Counted from the first letter of the stretch, positions 12,353 through 24,868 are shown. The stretch: DNA of 64,000 nucleotides from Heterodontus francisci (GCF_036365525.1 NC_090385.1:62380170-62444169), one strand, 5' to 3'. Program-made: numbers and translations. Notes: a model not told the origin generated them from the sequence alone.

Positions 12353-13025
12353 TAAATTTAGACATAAGCCAATGCCCCCTGCCTCCTCACACGGTTATAA
12401 ATGATTCTAGTCAAAGAAGAGCAAGGAGTTATCATTGTGTCCTGACATTCCCCCTCAACTAACACTGCCAAAAGTAACTATCGTGTCATGCATTAATATG
12501 CTGATTGTGGGGCCTTGCTTTGCACAAATTGGCTGACACATTCTGCTTCATAATATTTATTGAACTTCAATAGCAATTAGTTGGTTGTGAAGTCCTTTGC
12601 AAAGTGGTAAACTATGTAAACATAAGTTTTTTTGGTTTCCCTTACATACTGCAGTTGCAAAAATGATTTAATTCAATGTATGCATATATGATGTAGTTGC
12701 ACGAACAATTCCTCACACATAGTTAATTCATTGTTTTTCCAGGCAGTTACTTCCATAAAGTACAAAAGTTCATGTTTTGCTTTATTTTCAGTTACCTTCA
12801 CTGGTCCAGATGATGGAGTTCTAGTTTTTTTGTATGCTTTTATTCCCTTTCCATTGCTTCACCAGGGAAGATGGGGAGGGGGAGGAAGAACAGATGGGGA
12901 TTACAAACAGCGATTCTTGACACATCCTACAAATAACTAGTCTTGCTATCAATTATAGCAACATAGTGTGATATGCCTCCACATTCCAAAACATCATAGC
13001 GTTAATTACATTCAAAGGAGAGATA

Positions 13026-13647
13026 GTCTGGAATTTAACATCAGGCAAGAGGTCTGGCCACTGGCTGAAAAATCAGGACGAGCCTGCCTCCAACAGGTCT
13101 GGGGAGCCACACCGGGATTTTTCACTCCCTAGACCCTGGGTCTCGGGCGGGACTTCCACCCCCTTGAGGCAGGAAGTCCTGCCTAATGGAGCTGCTGGAC
13201 AATCAGCAGGCCTGAAGATCTTAGTCCCAGTAGCGCCACAGGGAGCGCTGGCCACTGTTTGGACTATACCTAGACATCACAAGCAACGTAAAGGACGGCA
13301 CCGGAACTCAGTTAAGTTTTTGGGGCCTCGCCAGGCCCTGGCAAGCCAAAGGGGGTCGGTTGGGAGGAGTGTTGTGCAGTGAGGATGGTGGGGGCTTTGG
13401 GGGCAGCCCTCTGTGGGGCACAGGGTGACCGATCAGGTGGGCCCCTCCCCAGCCCACAAGAAGGCTGCCAGGTTTTACCTTGCGGTGTTCTTGGGACCTT
13501 AGCCGTCTGCCCGCCTTTAATTGGCCACCTAAGGACCTTGATTAGCCTGGGGCGGGCAGGCTGTTTCTCGCTGCCGCCACCCCAATTAAAATTACAGCGG
13601 GGGCAGGAGGGGGTCCCCGCTCATTGGGGGACCGTAAAATTCTAGCC
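13026..13647. mobile_element. MITE (PIF/Harbinger-like) with 3-bp TSD ATA
   Basis: GTCTGGAATTT ... AAAATTCTAGCC termini; ATA at 13023-13025 and 13648-13650; GC-rich body. Confidence 0.65.
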
Positions 13648-13664
13648 ATAGTCTTAAAGTGCAT

Positions 13665-14012
13665 GCAGAGACACAGTGGCGCAGTGGTTAGCACCGCAGC
13701 CTCACAGCTCCAGCGACCCGAGTTCAATTCTGGGTACTGCCTGGGTGGAGTTTGCAAGTTCTCCCTGTGTCTGCGTGGGTTTTATCCGGGTGCTCCGGTT
13801 TCCTCCCACAAGCCAAAAGACTTGCAGGTTGGTAGGTAAATTGGCCATTATAAATTGCCCCTAGTATAGGTAGGTGGTAGGGAAACAGGTGGGGATGTGG
13901 TAAGAATATGGGATTAGTGTAGGATTAGTATAAATGGGTGGTTGATGGTCGGCACAGACTCGGTGGGCCGAAGGGCCTGTTTCAGTGCTGTATCTCTAAA
14001 CTAAAAACTAAA
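13665..14012 (+). mobile_element. tRNA-derived V-SINE (HE1-like)
   Basis: GGCGCAGTGGTTAGCACC A box, GAGTTCAATTC B box, V-domain, CR1-type tail with (ctaaa)n. Confidence 0.85.
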
Positions 14013-15156
14013 CATAATGCACATATTACTTACACAGCAACACTGAAACTTATCAACAGCATTGTTCAAAGCACTTGCAGAGAGTAACACTGGTGCATTG
14101 TGGAAACTAGTCTGTTGAGAAATTAGAGCTTGGGAAGTCCCATGAAATTAAGGTCTAAGCTTCTCAAAGATGGACAAGGTAGGAAAATACAGAAATGTCT
14201 CAAATATCCTCTATCAAAGAACATTGTTACACACACACTGACAACTGTCCTGGCATTATTTAACTATCTTACTTATTTTGTAACTTATGTCTTTATTATG
14301 TTAAATATCTTATTTCCAATACCAAGTGCTCAGTTTAATTTTTTAAAAAAATGACAGGCAACACCATTTTGAACTATTGATTGGTTCCTGTTCCCATCCA
14401 CCTCCTTGCTATTGTTTATTGCTAGGTTTGAAATCTACTAATTAAAATGAGTAGGCCCTTTGTAGTGCTTAATTTGTAGTTTTCATTCCTGCTTTTGATT
14501 GGTATTTTCCTTATTTAATCTGTGCAATTTCTTGTCTTCATGATTAAATCTAAGCCAATTGGCTGCAAATGTCATACAAAGGTTTGCACACATTAGATAA
14601 TTTCTGAATTACTAGCATCGCTCCCCAGGTTATGTCAGTGGATTTGCTGCTTGATAAAGACAGGTACATACCAAACAAAAACACAACATATTATTCATCT
14701 ACTAAAGTTTAAATGTGCATGTGTCCCTTTCAGGCTACAGGCTAAGAAAACAAAGGTTAATGGTGATTTGGGCTGGAAATCAGAAACTTGGTCAATCAGG
14801 AGTCTTCAGCCTCTGCTATTTTCTGTTCCTGGAGGGATTTTCTTTTCTTTACCAATTATTGTTCTTGCATGTATATGTAACATAAATCTGATGTGTGGTG
14901 AATAGGAAGTGTGTGCATAGTTTTTTTTTATATCATATAGATAGATCTTTAGTGTTAGTGCTCACAATGAATCCGTTACAATTTGTCAGAAATAACATCA
15001 AGGCAAGTGATTTATGATGAACAAGTCAAATTTTGATTTTTTTAAAAACACGCCTTAGACATAAGTCTTTTTAGGATTCAACAAACATGTATAAATGTAA
15101 AATAAATAAGGCAGAAAATGCTTTGATATCTTATTCCACATCAGTAGAAGGCAGAT

Positions 15157-15162
15157 TTTATT
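15157..15162 (-). promoter_or_regulatory. Candidate BRCC3 polyadenylation signal AATAAA
   Basis: TTTATT on the plus strand ~1.6 kb past the BRCC3 stop; a second candidate lies at 15341-15346. Confidence 0.35.
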
Positions 15163-15742
15163 CTTAATACTGTTTAATTACAAATTACATTTTAAATACA
15201 AATATCCAATTTAACCAATACCCACATCAGTGCATATCTAGGCTGAAGGCTACAAAGCTGTTTCGGTTTATCTGCAGAGGCCAGTGCACCAGAAGTCACA
15301 AATGGGCAGTTAGTACAATAGTATTATGCAAACCAAAATTTTTATTATCCTTAGAAACTAAAATCTGGCAAGATGTGCTGCACATGTCATTACGGGTTGT
15401 GGTTGAACTATTTCTACAAAGTATTAATTCAAACCCATACAGACTCCCAGTACATTTCAGACTGGATTGTGGCTGTTGTTCCTGTACCAGTTTAACAGCT
15501 CACCAGATGTATATTAATAATTAAATGTATTCAGATCTAGCTCAGATACCAATAAACACAGCTGAATGAAAATGGTAATTCAAATTGTGCTTTAGACTGA
15601 AAAAATCAAAGGCGTGCTCAAGGTTGTTTAAGCAGTCGAATAGACAACATAGTAGATTGTAAAGTGGGGCTGTCATGTGTATTCAATTAAATCAAACTAT
15701 GTAGCTTGGCTGCAGTTCAAGAGTTCCCCTTCACATCTGTAA

Positions 15743-15905
15743 AAGAGTCATCTGTGTGCAATTTCCTATCCCTCTTCTCACAGCTCCTATAATTCTTTTC
15801 CCTTTAGAGCTGCTAGTTCCCGATAAAAGCTGGTCCTTCTCTTGTTGACGTTCCAGGATTTGCTGTTTGTTTAATGATTCACTCAGATGCCACAGAAAGG
15901 GTCTG
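15743..15905 (-). pseudogene. Diverged duplicate of the end of BRCC3 exon 8 and proximal 3'UTR
   Basis: AACAAACAGCAAATCCTGGAACGTCAACAAGAGAAGGACCAGCT...GAAGAGGGATAGGAAATTGCACACAGAT aligns to ~16680-16806; 1-nt insertion and TGA->GGA. Confidence 0.8.
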
Positions 15906-16733
15906 AAGTGCTGAAATTAGTCAATATAATGCAGAATGGTAATGTGCTGACACTCTGCTCTTGATGTCAAAGCATCCTAAATATATCTGAAGTTGAGAAG
16001 AAAATTGTTTACGCACAGAATTATCTCCACTTTACTCACCAATTCCATTCACAGGGAGAATAGCGAGAAATAAACAGTCTAACCTCTCTATATATAGCTG
16101 ATGTTTTGTGATATCTTATGGCATTGAAAGATATGTTCTCCAGTATATGCCAGTTCTTAATTTTCCATCTGGCATGTACAAAAAACAAACAGAACATCTA
16201 GTGGCTAAGAGCTATCTCAAATTTCCAGTTTCCATTAGGCAGACCACAAATAAAAACACAAGCAGCCATTGTTTTGTTGACAAATTTATCAAATAGTCAA
16301 CAACTTCCCCAGTCCTGATAAGTAATGTTAATTAAATCAACTTCTACCACCACATTGTGAAACTAAAAGAATGATTAGTTAAAACATTGATAGAAATTTC
16401 GTCTACGCAACAACTTCATGTAAATAGAGCCACCAATTCCAGTGCTCGACTCCTGAAATGTGGACTCCGAGATCCAGCAATGACTAGAACAATCCCCCTT
16501 TGACACAAAATCCAACCAAAGCTGCAATGTGCCTGCTTCCATTTGTTTGGGCATAAGATTGGCTTGATAGGCAAGAAAGATCAAGGACACAAAAGGAAGG
16601 TGGGTCTTAAACATGACATTAAAGTATTGCTAATAGCTTTGTTGCAGTCCAACAGCTTCCTTGCTCATCAGTAACAGAAGAATAATCTGTGTGCAATTTT
16701 CTGTCCCTCTTCCCTCAGCTCCTACAATTCCTT

Positions 16734-16885
16734 TCACTTTAAGGCCGCTAGTTCCTGCAGCAGCTGTTCCTTCTCCCGCTGAAGTTCCAGGATGTGCTGT
16801 TTGTTCTGATCTAGACGATCCTCCAGCCACTGTAGCAGAGGACCGCTAATGGACGACATCTGGCTACACAGATTCTTCGTGAAAA
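16734..16885 (-). CDS. BRCC3: BRCC3 coding exon 8 (last): (V)FTKNLCSQMSSISGPLLQWLEDRLDQNKQHILELQREKEQLLQELAALK*
   Basis: ctctag acceptor, phase 1; C-terminal coiled coil of BRCC36; TGA at 16734-16736. Confidence 0.95.
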
Positions 16886-17599
16886 CTAGAGAAATAGAAG
16901 ACAAAAAGGGAAATATTTCCAGTCAAGGCATTTAACAACTTTTCAAACCATATTGGGTACATTCCACGTGGTGGATATTTTTGTTCTCAAAACATAAAAC
17001 AGTTGAATCCTAAAAAATGCGTAACTAATTTAGAGCAAATAAGCACTACAAATGAAACTCTAAGTACACCAAACCCTGAATCTAGCCCACCCTTACTACA
17101 AATATTCAGAATTACACCTACTTAGTGATTTGCTCTCATCTAGGCAAATATCAAGTCAAAATGCTCATTCACAGTGATGCCTTGTACCCAATTATCTATT
17201 TTTAATTGGATCAATAATTTTACATATTCAAGAAGAATATTACTGTAGGGTAGAATATAAATTGTCTCTATTTTTGATTAGACATTTCCTCCCGATCCTT
17301 TCATTCTCTTAATTCAAGCGTTGGGATTTATTTAATAATAGGCCTGCTTTTGAGCAGGTGAATTCCCAGTTTCAGATGCATTATAGCATTTATCCAACAG
17401 CAGAGAGTGAGAAAGTTAGCTAGATGTCAGATTTCTCTAACAGATTTGGCAACTTTTTTTTGTTTTAAACTAACTTAAAGCTAACTTCTGTAATGTTGCC
17501 CTTTGAAAGCAAATAATCTACTGAATCAATTTGTTTGTGGAAAAAAAACATATGTTTCACATCGCACAGGTCGTACACCCTTTGGTGCACAATCTCAGA

Positions 17600-17740
17600 A
17601 CTCTCTCACATTCCACATCTCATCCATCACCAAAAGCACCTATTTTCATCGAGGTAGTATCGTCTACCTCATCACCCCCGATCGTCAATGAAACCCTCAT
17701 CCATGCCTTTGCTACCTCTAGGCTCAACTTCTCCAACACT
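17600..17740 (+). mobile_element. Short L2 LINE fragment
   Basis: ETLIHAFATSRLNFSN motif in ORF 17531..17881. Confidence 0.6.
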
Positions 17741-18883
17741 ACACAAGTTCTACAAATTCCAACTCACCCAGGGCTGTATACAGAAAATTTAGAGTTGTAC
17801 ATACTGCTTCCGCTTGTTGACCTCACCTCTCCAGCAGCTATTGGCACATGCATTTCTGGGCAGGGGTGTGGTGTGGTGTAGGGCGGTGGGGGTGCGGTGG
17901 AGGCTGGAGTCCAGGCGGCCAATACCCTAGTCAATTTTGAACTTTTGAAATGACCTCAACAATAATTATCCTTTCTCTTCCACTCAGAGATCCTATTTCC
18001 TACAGTATGCTGGAACTTTTTTCCAACTCCCCCAGTACAACAGCACTCTTCCCCTTCCCCCCATTTAGAAAGACTGAGCACTCAAAGAAAGGATTAGCTT
18101 TGTTCACTATAATCAATCTGCATCATCAACAACAATATTCGGATAAGACATTAATCAATTGTAAAAGCATATCCAATAATGGGGAACAGGAAAACACTCA
18201 GTTAACAATAAGCTCTAATTCGGGGTGGCAATTACCACAGAACATGGGTTCTTTCACAATATACTCCACATTTTAACTTACAGCTGTCAGTTCTACCTAA
18301 CAACTAAAATTCTACAACCGTAATGTGATTTACACTGCCTGTGTATCTGTGGCATAGCTCCCAACATATCGCAAACACTATAAAACTTACAATGTCACAG
18401 AAAATCAGGCAGCCTCACAGCAGTATCTTAGAAGTTTCCTCAATTCAAAAAGCCTGTCTGTTTATGGCAGCAGTAATTCTTCAAGGTGCACTTGAACATA
18501 GCGCTGAACATTTTTGTTAAGGCTATGCATAAGTACTCAAAGAATACCAATCGCAAAGCTTCAAACATCACCTCTTTCACAGCTGCTTTCTGTAATTTTG
18601 TATCTTCTGTATAGAAGTTTAAGCACATAGCTAATCTTTCTCCCTGCAGAAAACCTTTGTAAATTGCGAGGAAGAGGAAAAAAGGGCTCATCTGTGAAAT
18701 GGATATTTTTGACTTCCACATAGTTCCCTCCATCCTACTATTATTTCTCCAACTCTTTATGTTTTTCCAGTAATCATCAGGATCAAAGGTGTAAGTCTCC
18801 TGCTGTACTCTTCTATTATGTCACTTAATATGCCATTTTGTTTTGCAAAAATAGGGTTATGGAGGCATTGAGCCATCATCTAC

Positions 18884-18927
18884 CTGATCCATTGTGAATC
18901 TTGGTTATAGGGTCCAGATGTGTCAGA
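18884..18927 (-). CDS. BRCC3: BRCC3 coding exon 7: (S)LTHLDPITKIHNGS
   Basis: 44 nt, tttcag acceptor and GTAGAT donor; phases match the neighbouring exons. Confidence 0.93.
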
Positions 18928-19215
18928 CTGAAATAAATGATAAAAAGTTACAGTTTATGGAGAAATCTTCTATTGGATACAAAAATCCACTGGCAGCAAG
19001 AAAGTGAACTAGATTAGTAAACTTTAACCATACCAAAAAAAGAGGCAAAATCCACATTAACATATACTAAGCCACTAGAATATGATTATTCTGTTTCCAA
19101 TAATATGAACACTAATAAAGTAAAAGTAAATTTAAGGTGGGATGGGAGGAAGCATACTAACTGAAATGCCTGCTCCAGGGAGGAGGAACGTCTCATGATT
19201 GTGTGTATAGGAGAT

Positions 19216-22200
19216 TGTCATGCAGAACACCACCTGCCAAGAATGAGGCACATTAATTTTGTGATATGAACATTGATTTGAAAACTGTTGCTGAAGTGAA
19301 GAAAGGACTTGTTTAAAAGAAGAATCACCAGGCTCTTGGTTGGAAAGACATTTGCATATTAACAGACAGTGCTTGTAGAGACTTCCCTTATCCAGTTTAA
19401 CCCACAATGGACTTTGAGCATCAGACATTGAAGGTGAGGGAGCTCAAATTTCAGGATGACTTCTTGGATGGCCAGTGAAGTAACTTGGGATAAGTTAAAA
19501 GCACTGTCTATGGAGGAGTTGAGGAAAATGGCTGAGCGGTGTGGGATCGCTGTACGTGGCAAGCCTAGGAAGTCTGAACTCCTAAGGCTAGCGACCAACC
19601 ATTTTTCCCTTGAATCTGAAGAAGTAGAAACAGGGTTGGAAGTAGACTCCGACAGGGTATTGTTAGCAAAGATACAACTGGAACAGAGGAAATGTGAATT
19701 AGAGAAGGAGAGGGAGAAAGAAAGAGCCTTCTAGAAGGAATGTGAAAAGGAAAGACAGAAAAAGGAACGAGACAGAGGAAGGGGGGGGGGAAGAGAGAGA
19801 GAGAGCGAGAATATTCCAGAAGGAATGCAAAGAGAGAGAGCTGAAGCAGCTTGAGTTAACTTGGGGGAGCGACAGAGTGACCCCACTGAAAGCATGATCA
19901 ATATGGAGAAGTGTAATTCAGGGCTGGGTACAGAATTGTTAAAACTAGCTCAACTAATCCCGAAATTCAATGAGGATAATGTAGAAACATTTTTTGTGTC
20001 CTTTGAGAAACTGGTAAGGCAGCTAAAATGGCTAGCTGAGACCTGACTCTTTTATTACAAAGCAAACTAACCTGAAAAGCCCATGAGGTTTATTCCCTGT
20101 TGCCAGATGAGAGTTCATCAAATTATGAACTGACAAAAAATGCTGTCCTCGGGGCATATGAATTAGTACCCGAAGCCTATTGCCAAAAGTTTAGAACCCT
20201 CAAGAAGCAAATCAATCAAACTTATCTGGAGTTTGAAAGTAAGCAGCTGGCTTTTGACCGGTGGCTGAGGGCTCTTAAAGTACAGCTCAGATATACTCCC
20301 ACTCTCCATAAAGACCCATAGAGAGGAGGAGCAGGTTCAGAGAGCCCGGCAAGCAGCCGTTCTGGCTGATGAGTTTGCTTTAATTTATAAGTCGGTTTCC
20401 CGGGGAAAACCTTTCCTAATTACCCCACAAATCCAAAAATGTCAGAGGGCGGGAAGGTGATAGAAGCCAAAGCAGTCCTGGGAGAGAAGGAAAAGCAGGA
20501 GACACAGGGGACCCTCCTCTAGCAAAAGGGAAAATGTTGTCAGCAGGAATGAGACCCGGAGACCTATCTGCTTCCATTGCAATAAGGCAGGTCATCTAAA
20601 AGCTGACTGCTGGAAACTAAAGGGAAAACCTGTAGGGTTAATCGGGGCACATCCGCTCAGTGAAGAAGGAATCCTGAAGGAAAGCACAACAGAGCAAGCT
20701 GTAGCTTTAACTACAGTAAGAGTGTAACACAGGAAGCTTACTATAGCAAATGCAGGAAAAGTTAATAGGATTTCTGAAGGTTATCCAGGTTTTGTGTTTG
20801 AAGGGAAAGTAACCCCATACCCCTTGAGTGGGGCAAACAAGCCCATAGTAATTCTCAGTGACACAGGGGCCACTAGATCCCTTTTACTGGGAAAAGGCCT
20901 GACCTTTCCCCCAGAGAGTGCAGTGAACACCAGAATGGTGGTGAATGGTATTGGAAGGCAGTGTATGCCTGTACCTGTACACCAGGTGCACTTGGAGTAT
21001 GACCTAGTTTCAGGACTGGTGACCGTAGGGATTGTCCCTAGTTTGCTTGTGGACGGGGTTGACCTGCTCCTAGGTAATGATCTGGCGGGGGTGAAGGCGG
21101 TGGTCCCCCCAGTGGTGAAAGAAAGACCGCAGGAGGTCAGAGAGACAGGGCAGTGGCAGGTGACGGTTCCCTGCAGTCTCCCTGAATGTGTAATGAGTAA
21201 GGCCATGATCAAACCAGCTCCCCCAGAGGAGACTGAATTGGCACTGCAGGCAGATGAATATGAGGTCTGTCTATCCGAGACTTTCTTTAGAGAATTAGAA
21301 GACCCAGGGAATGAGTCAAATGGATTTTCCCTAGCTGAGTCTCAGCAAGCTGACCCAGTATTGCAAGAGTTAGCACAGGCTGCCCAGTCTGAAAGTGAAG
21401 CAGAGGGAGTCCCTGATTGCTACTATTTAAAGAATGAGGTACTGATGAGGAAATTGAGTTCTCCTCACAGACCAGAAAGCAAGGAGTGGACAGTTGTTCA
21501 CCAGTTAGTGGTGCCGCAGAGGTACCGGAGAGAAATATTAAGATGGGCCCATGAGACTACAGTAGCTGTACATGCGAAAAACCAAAGCCCGCATAAGACA
21601 GCAGTTTGACTGGCCAAATCTCCACAAAGAAGTGGTGGAGTACAGCAAGAGTTGTCACATGTGCCAGGTTGAGAGGAAACCCCAACCTACAGTGAAAACT
21701 GCATCCCTTAAGTCCTGTACTGGTGTTAGGAGGACCCACCAGCAGAGGGCTGGTGAACTGTAAGGGACCCCCACCGAGAACAAAAGGGGACAGGCAGGCA
21801 CAAGGCTGGCAAAAGGTTAGAAAGGGAAGGGGAAAAAGCGACCGAGGGCAGGTTAAAGGAAGTCTGGGAGGAATCCCGGATGAAAACCTCTACTGTCCGG
21901 TCAGCCAACCCCGAAAAATTTGAAAAGTTAGACCCCAAATCCTCTTGTGTAAATGCAGACACTAGAAGCACCCCAGCAGAGCTGCTAACAGCATTTACAG
22001 GAACCTGCAGGAACAAAGAAAGACCTCTAGGGGGCAGAGAAACCGTGAGTCTGATGCCTCACCTAGTTGAAGTGCCACAGGAGAGTGTTGTAGAGTCTGT
22101 ACAAAAACCTGCAGGTAGGAGTGTTCCAGAGGACAAAGGGGAGATTAGCAAAGAATCCTCCCCCACAGTCAGAAAAAAAAGAGAACCATCCATCCCCTGA

Positions 22201-23115
22201 AGTCAAACGCCTTTGCATGACTCAGCAAAGCAATGAAGGAGAGTTCAGGATAGACCCGCCCACTACTGACTCTCCTGGAAAAAAAATCCAATTTAGGGCT
22301 AATGAAATCTAACTGGAAAATCTTGACTGGAAAGACATTTGCATATTAACAGACCATGCTTGTGGAGACAAAGGGGTCACCTCCCTATCCGATTTAACCC
22401 ACAATGGACTTTGAGCATCAGACATTGAAGGTGAGGAAGCTCAAATTTCAGGATGACTGCTGGGATGGCCGAATCCACAAACAGATGTGGCCAGCTGGTC
22501 ACATGTCTAGCCAGCTTGGCAACCTGGTTTTTCTGAATTGTACTAAGAGTTTGAACTCAGAGACTGCAGTATGCTCCTGGACTCAAAAAGACCTCTTCTG
22601 TCTGGCTCTTCCTCTCTTTCTCACGGAACTCCAAATCCATTGAAGACACATGAACCCCAAGAGAGAAAGGTCTCCTACAGCAAACAAGGTTTAAGAAGAA
22701 TACTGGGCCCCAACGAAGAGCAAGATCTACCTACAATCAAGGACTCTACAGTGAGCTCGAAGAACCGTAACAAAAACCCTCTTCAGAGATTGCCTCAAAC
22801 TTCTCCACTTTTTTTTCTTCTGCTCTTTTCTGTCTCTATCTGCATGTATGTAGCACGTATGCATGCTAGCGTGGGCGTGTCGTGTATCCGTAGGTGTTAA
22901 GTGAATTAGTTTAAGTTTAAATAAAGTTCAACCTTTTTTCTTTAAACCTAAGAAAACTTGTTTGGCTAGTTTCTTTGCCTTATAATTGGAAGTTATTGAA
23001 CAAGGATTCACTAAGGGGGAGTTAAAAACAGTGTGTTAAAAAAAAACCCTGTTACAGTAAGACCAGGTGAAGACTGAGAGGGAACCCTAGACCCCTTTCT
23101 TACCTGGTCATAACA
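19216..23115 (+). mobile_element. Gmr1-type Gypsy LTR retrotransposon, internally deleted, 4-bp TSD AGAT
   Basis: TGTCA...TAACA ends; AGAT at 19212-19215 and 23116-23119; LTR segment repeated at ~19340-19473 and ~22328-22470; gag (IPKFNEDNVETFFVSFEK, AYELVPEAYCQKFR), CCHC knuckle CFHCNKAGHLKADC (~20568), protease ILSDTGATRSL, integrase Zn finger (AHET..VH..C..C); no RT. Confidence 0.9.
20794..21609 (+). pseudogene. Retrotransposon aspartic protease and integrase N-terminal remnant
   Basis: DTGA active site, GVDLLLGNDLAG, QLVVPQRYRREILRWAHE. Confidence 0.85.
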
Positions 23116-24094
23116 AGATATGAATAAAACTGATGCTTGTGCCAGTTACAGTGGTGTTACTCTATTCAAATGCACTTGTAAGAACAAGGGCAGCTTCTAA
23201 ATAATGGCTTCAACAGAAGTATTCTGTTCAAAGATGTAGGAATTTCAAAGTGAAAAAAGCTTTATTAATGTGGACAGCACCAAGCTAGTTAGCTTCATGT
23301 AGTACCTATGGAATATATACTGGCTTCAATTACATCAATTAAGAAAAAAATAGATGTAACTGAACCAGGATCACAGCATTTGACCATTGTGAAGAAGGGG
23401 AAGATTGGATGGTCCATTGGATTGATTGCTGTTCTTTCGCCTCTATGAAGGAGTCAAAGTTCACTCTCTCTGAAGGCCATCAAAAGTCTTAAATAAAGTG
23501 GGTTTGACTGTCTCAATCTCATACCTGTGAGCTTGTATTTGTAGAAAAAAATATTTAGCTCAGGTTCTAACATTCAAATTTAAATCTGATGCAGATTTAA
23601 GTTTCACCCAGCATTAACGTCAGTCTAAAATAGATCACATAGATGGCTGATGTAAGCAAATGTCACACAGGGTGCTCTTTGAAGGCTTGGATTGTTGGGG
23701 TAAAGTATCTGTATCTGACCCATGTCGTATTTAATTTTGTTGCACTTGATGATGGCACTAGGTGCCCAAAGGGCACTAACATTCCAGCATTAGCACCCCG
23801 TTTTGCTAAGCACAACAATAGTTTAAAAAGGAAAACAAAACCATTAATACAAATGTTTATATTAAAAAAAAATTCAACAGAACCATAATGTGACTGACAA
23901 AACCATAACATAATTCATTTTTATGACATGGGGAGAGAATATAGTATAGTTCTTTAGTCTGCACTGTAATGCAGATTCAGTACAGCACTGACCTCAGTGC
24001 TTTCTCTCCATAGTGATCACATATCCACTCAAAGGATTAAATGGTTGCAACTGAACTCCTGGACTTCATGGACAATAGATCATATATACAACAT

Positions 24095-24830
24095 AAACAT
24101 AGGAACACAAGGACAGGAGTAGCTTATTTAGCCCTCGAGCCTGTTCCGCCATTCAAAGGGATCATGGCTGATCTGTGACCTAACTCCATATACCTGCCTT
24201 TGTCCCATATCCCTAATTCCTTCGGTTAATAAAAATCTATCAAGCGCAATTCAAAATTAATAACTGATCTAGCAAAAATTGCCATTTACAGAAGTTCCAA
24301 ATTTCTACTACCCTTTGCATGAAGAAGTGTTTCCTAATTTCCATCCTGAAAGGTCTGTCTCTAATTTTTTTGACTATGGCCCCTAGTTCTAGACTTCCTA
24401 AGCAGCGGAAATTTTTTCTCCCAATCTACCGTATCTATTCCCCTTGTTAACCTAAAAACTTCAATCAAATCAGCCTTTAACCTTCTAAGTTCCAGGGAAT
24501 ACAATGCCAGTTTGTGTACTCTCTCCTCATAATTTAACCCTTGCAGTCCAGGTTATCATTCTAATAAATCTATGCTCCTCCCTTCTTCCTAAGGTGTAGT
24601 GCCCAGAACTGCTCACAGTACACCAAATGTGGTCTAACCAGGGCTTTGAATAGCTGAAGCATGACTTTTATCCCCTTATAGTCTATTCCTCTCAATATAA
24701 AAGCCAGCATTTCATTAGCTATTTTGATCATTTTCTGTACCTGTTCATGACATTTTAATGATCTGTGTACCTGGAATCATAAATCACTTTGGATCTCGTA
24801 CTGTTTCTAGCTTTTCACCATTTAAATAAT
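24095..24830 (-). mobile_element. Old CR1 LINE 3' fragment
   Basis: (acatagaa)n-like tail, gagcctgttccgccattcaa, tgcccagaactgctcacagtac. Confidence 0.75.
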
Positions 24831-24868
24831 GCCTGATACACAAAGCTACATCTCATTTTTTACTGTAC

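Noticed and set aside
13676-13750. tRNA gene (also at ~1200-1265 and ~32430-32490)
   Set aside because: The A/B boxes belong to SINE heads that continue into the V-domain and LINE tail; no full cloverleaf.
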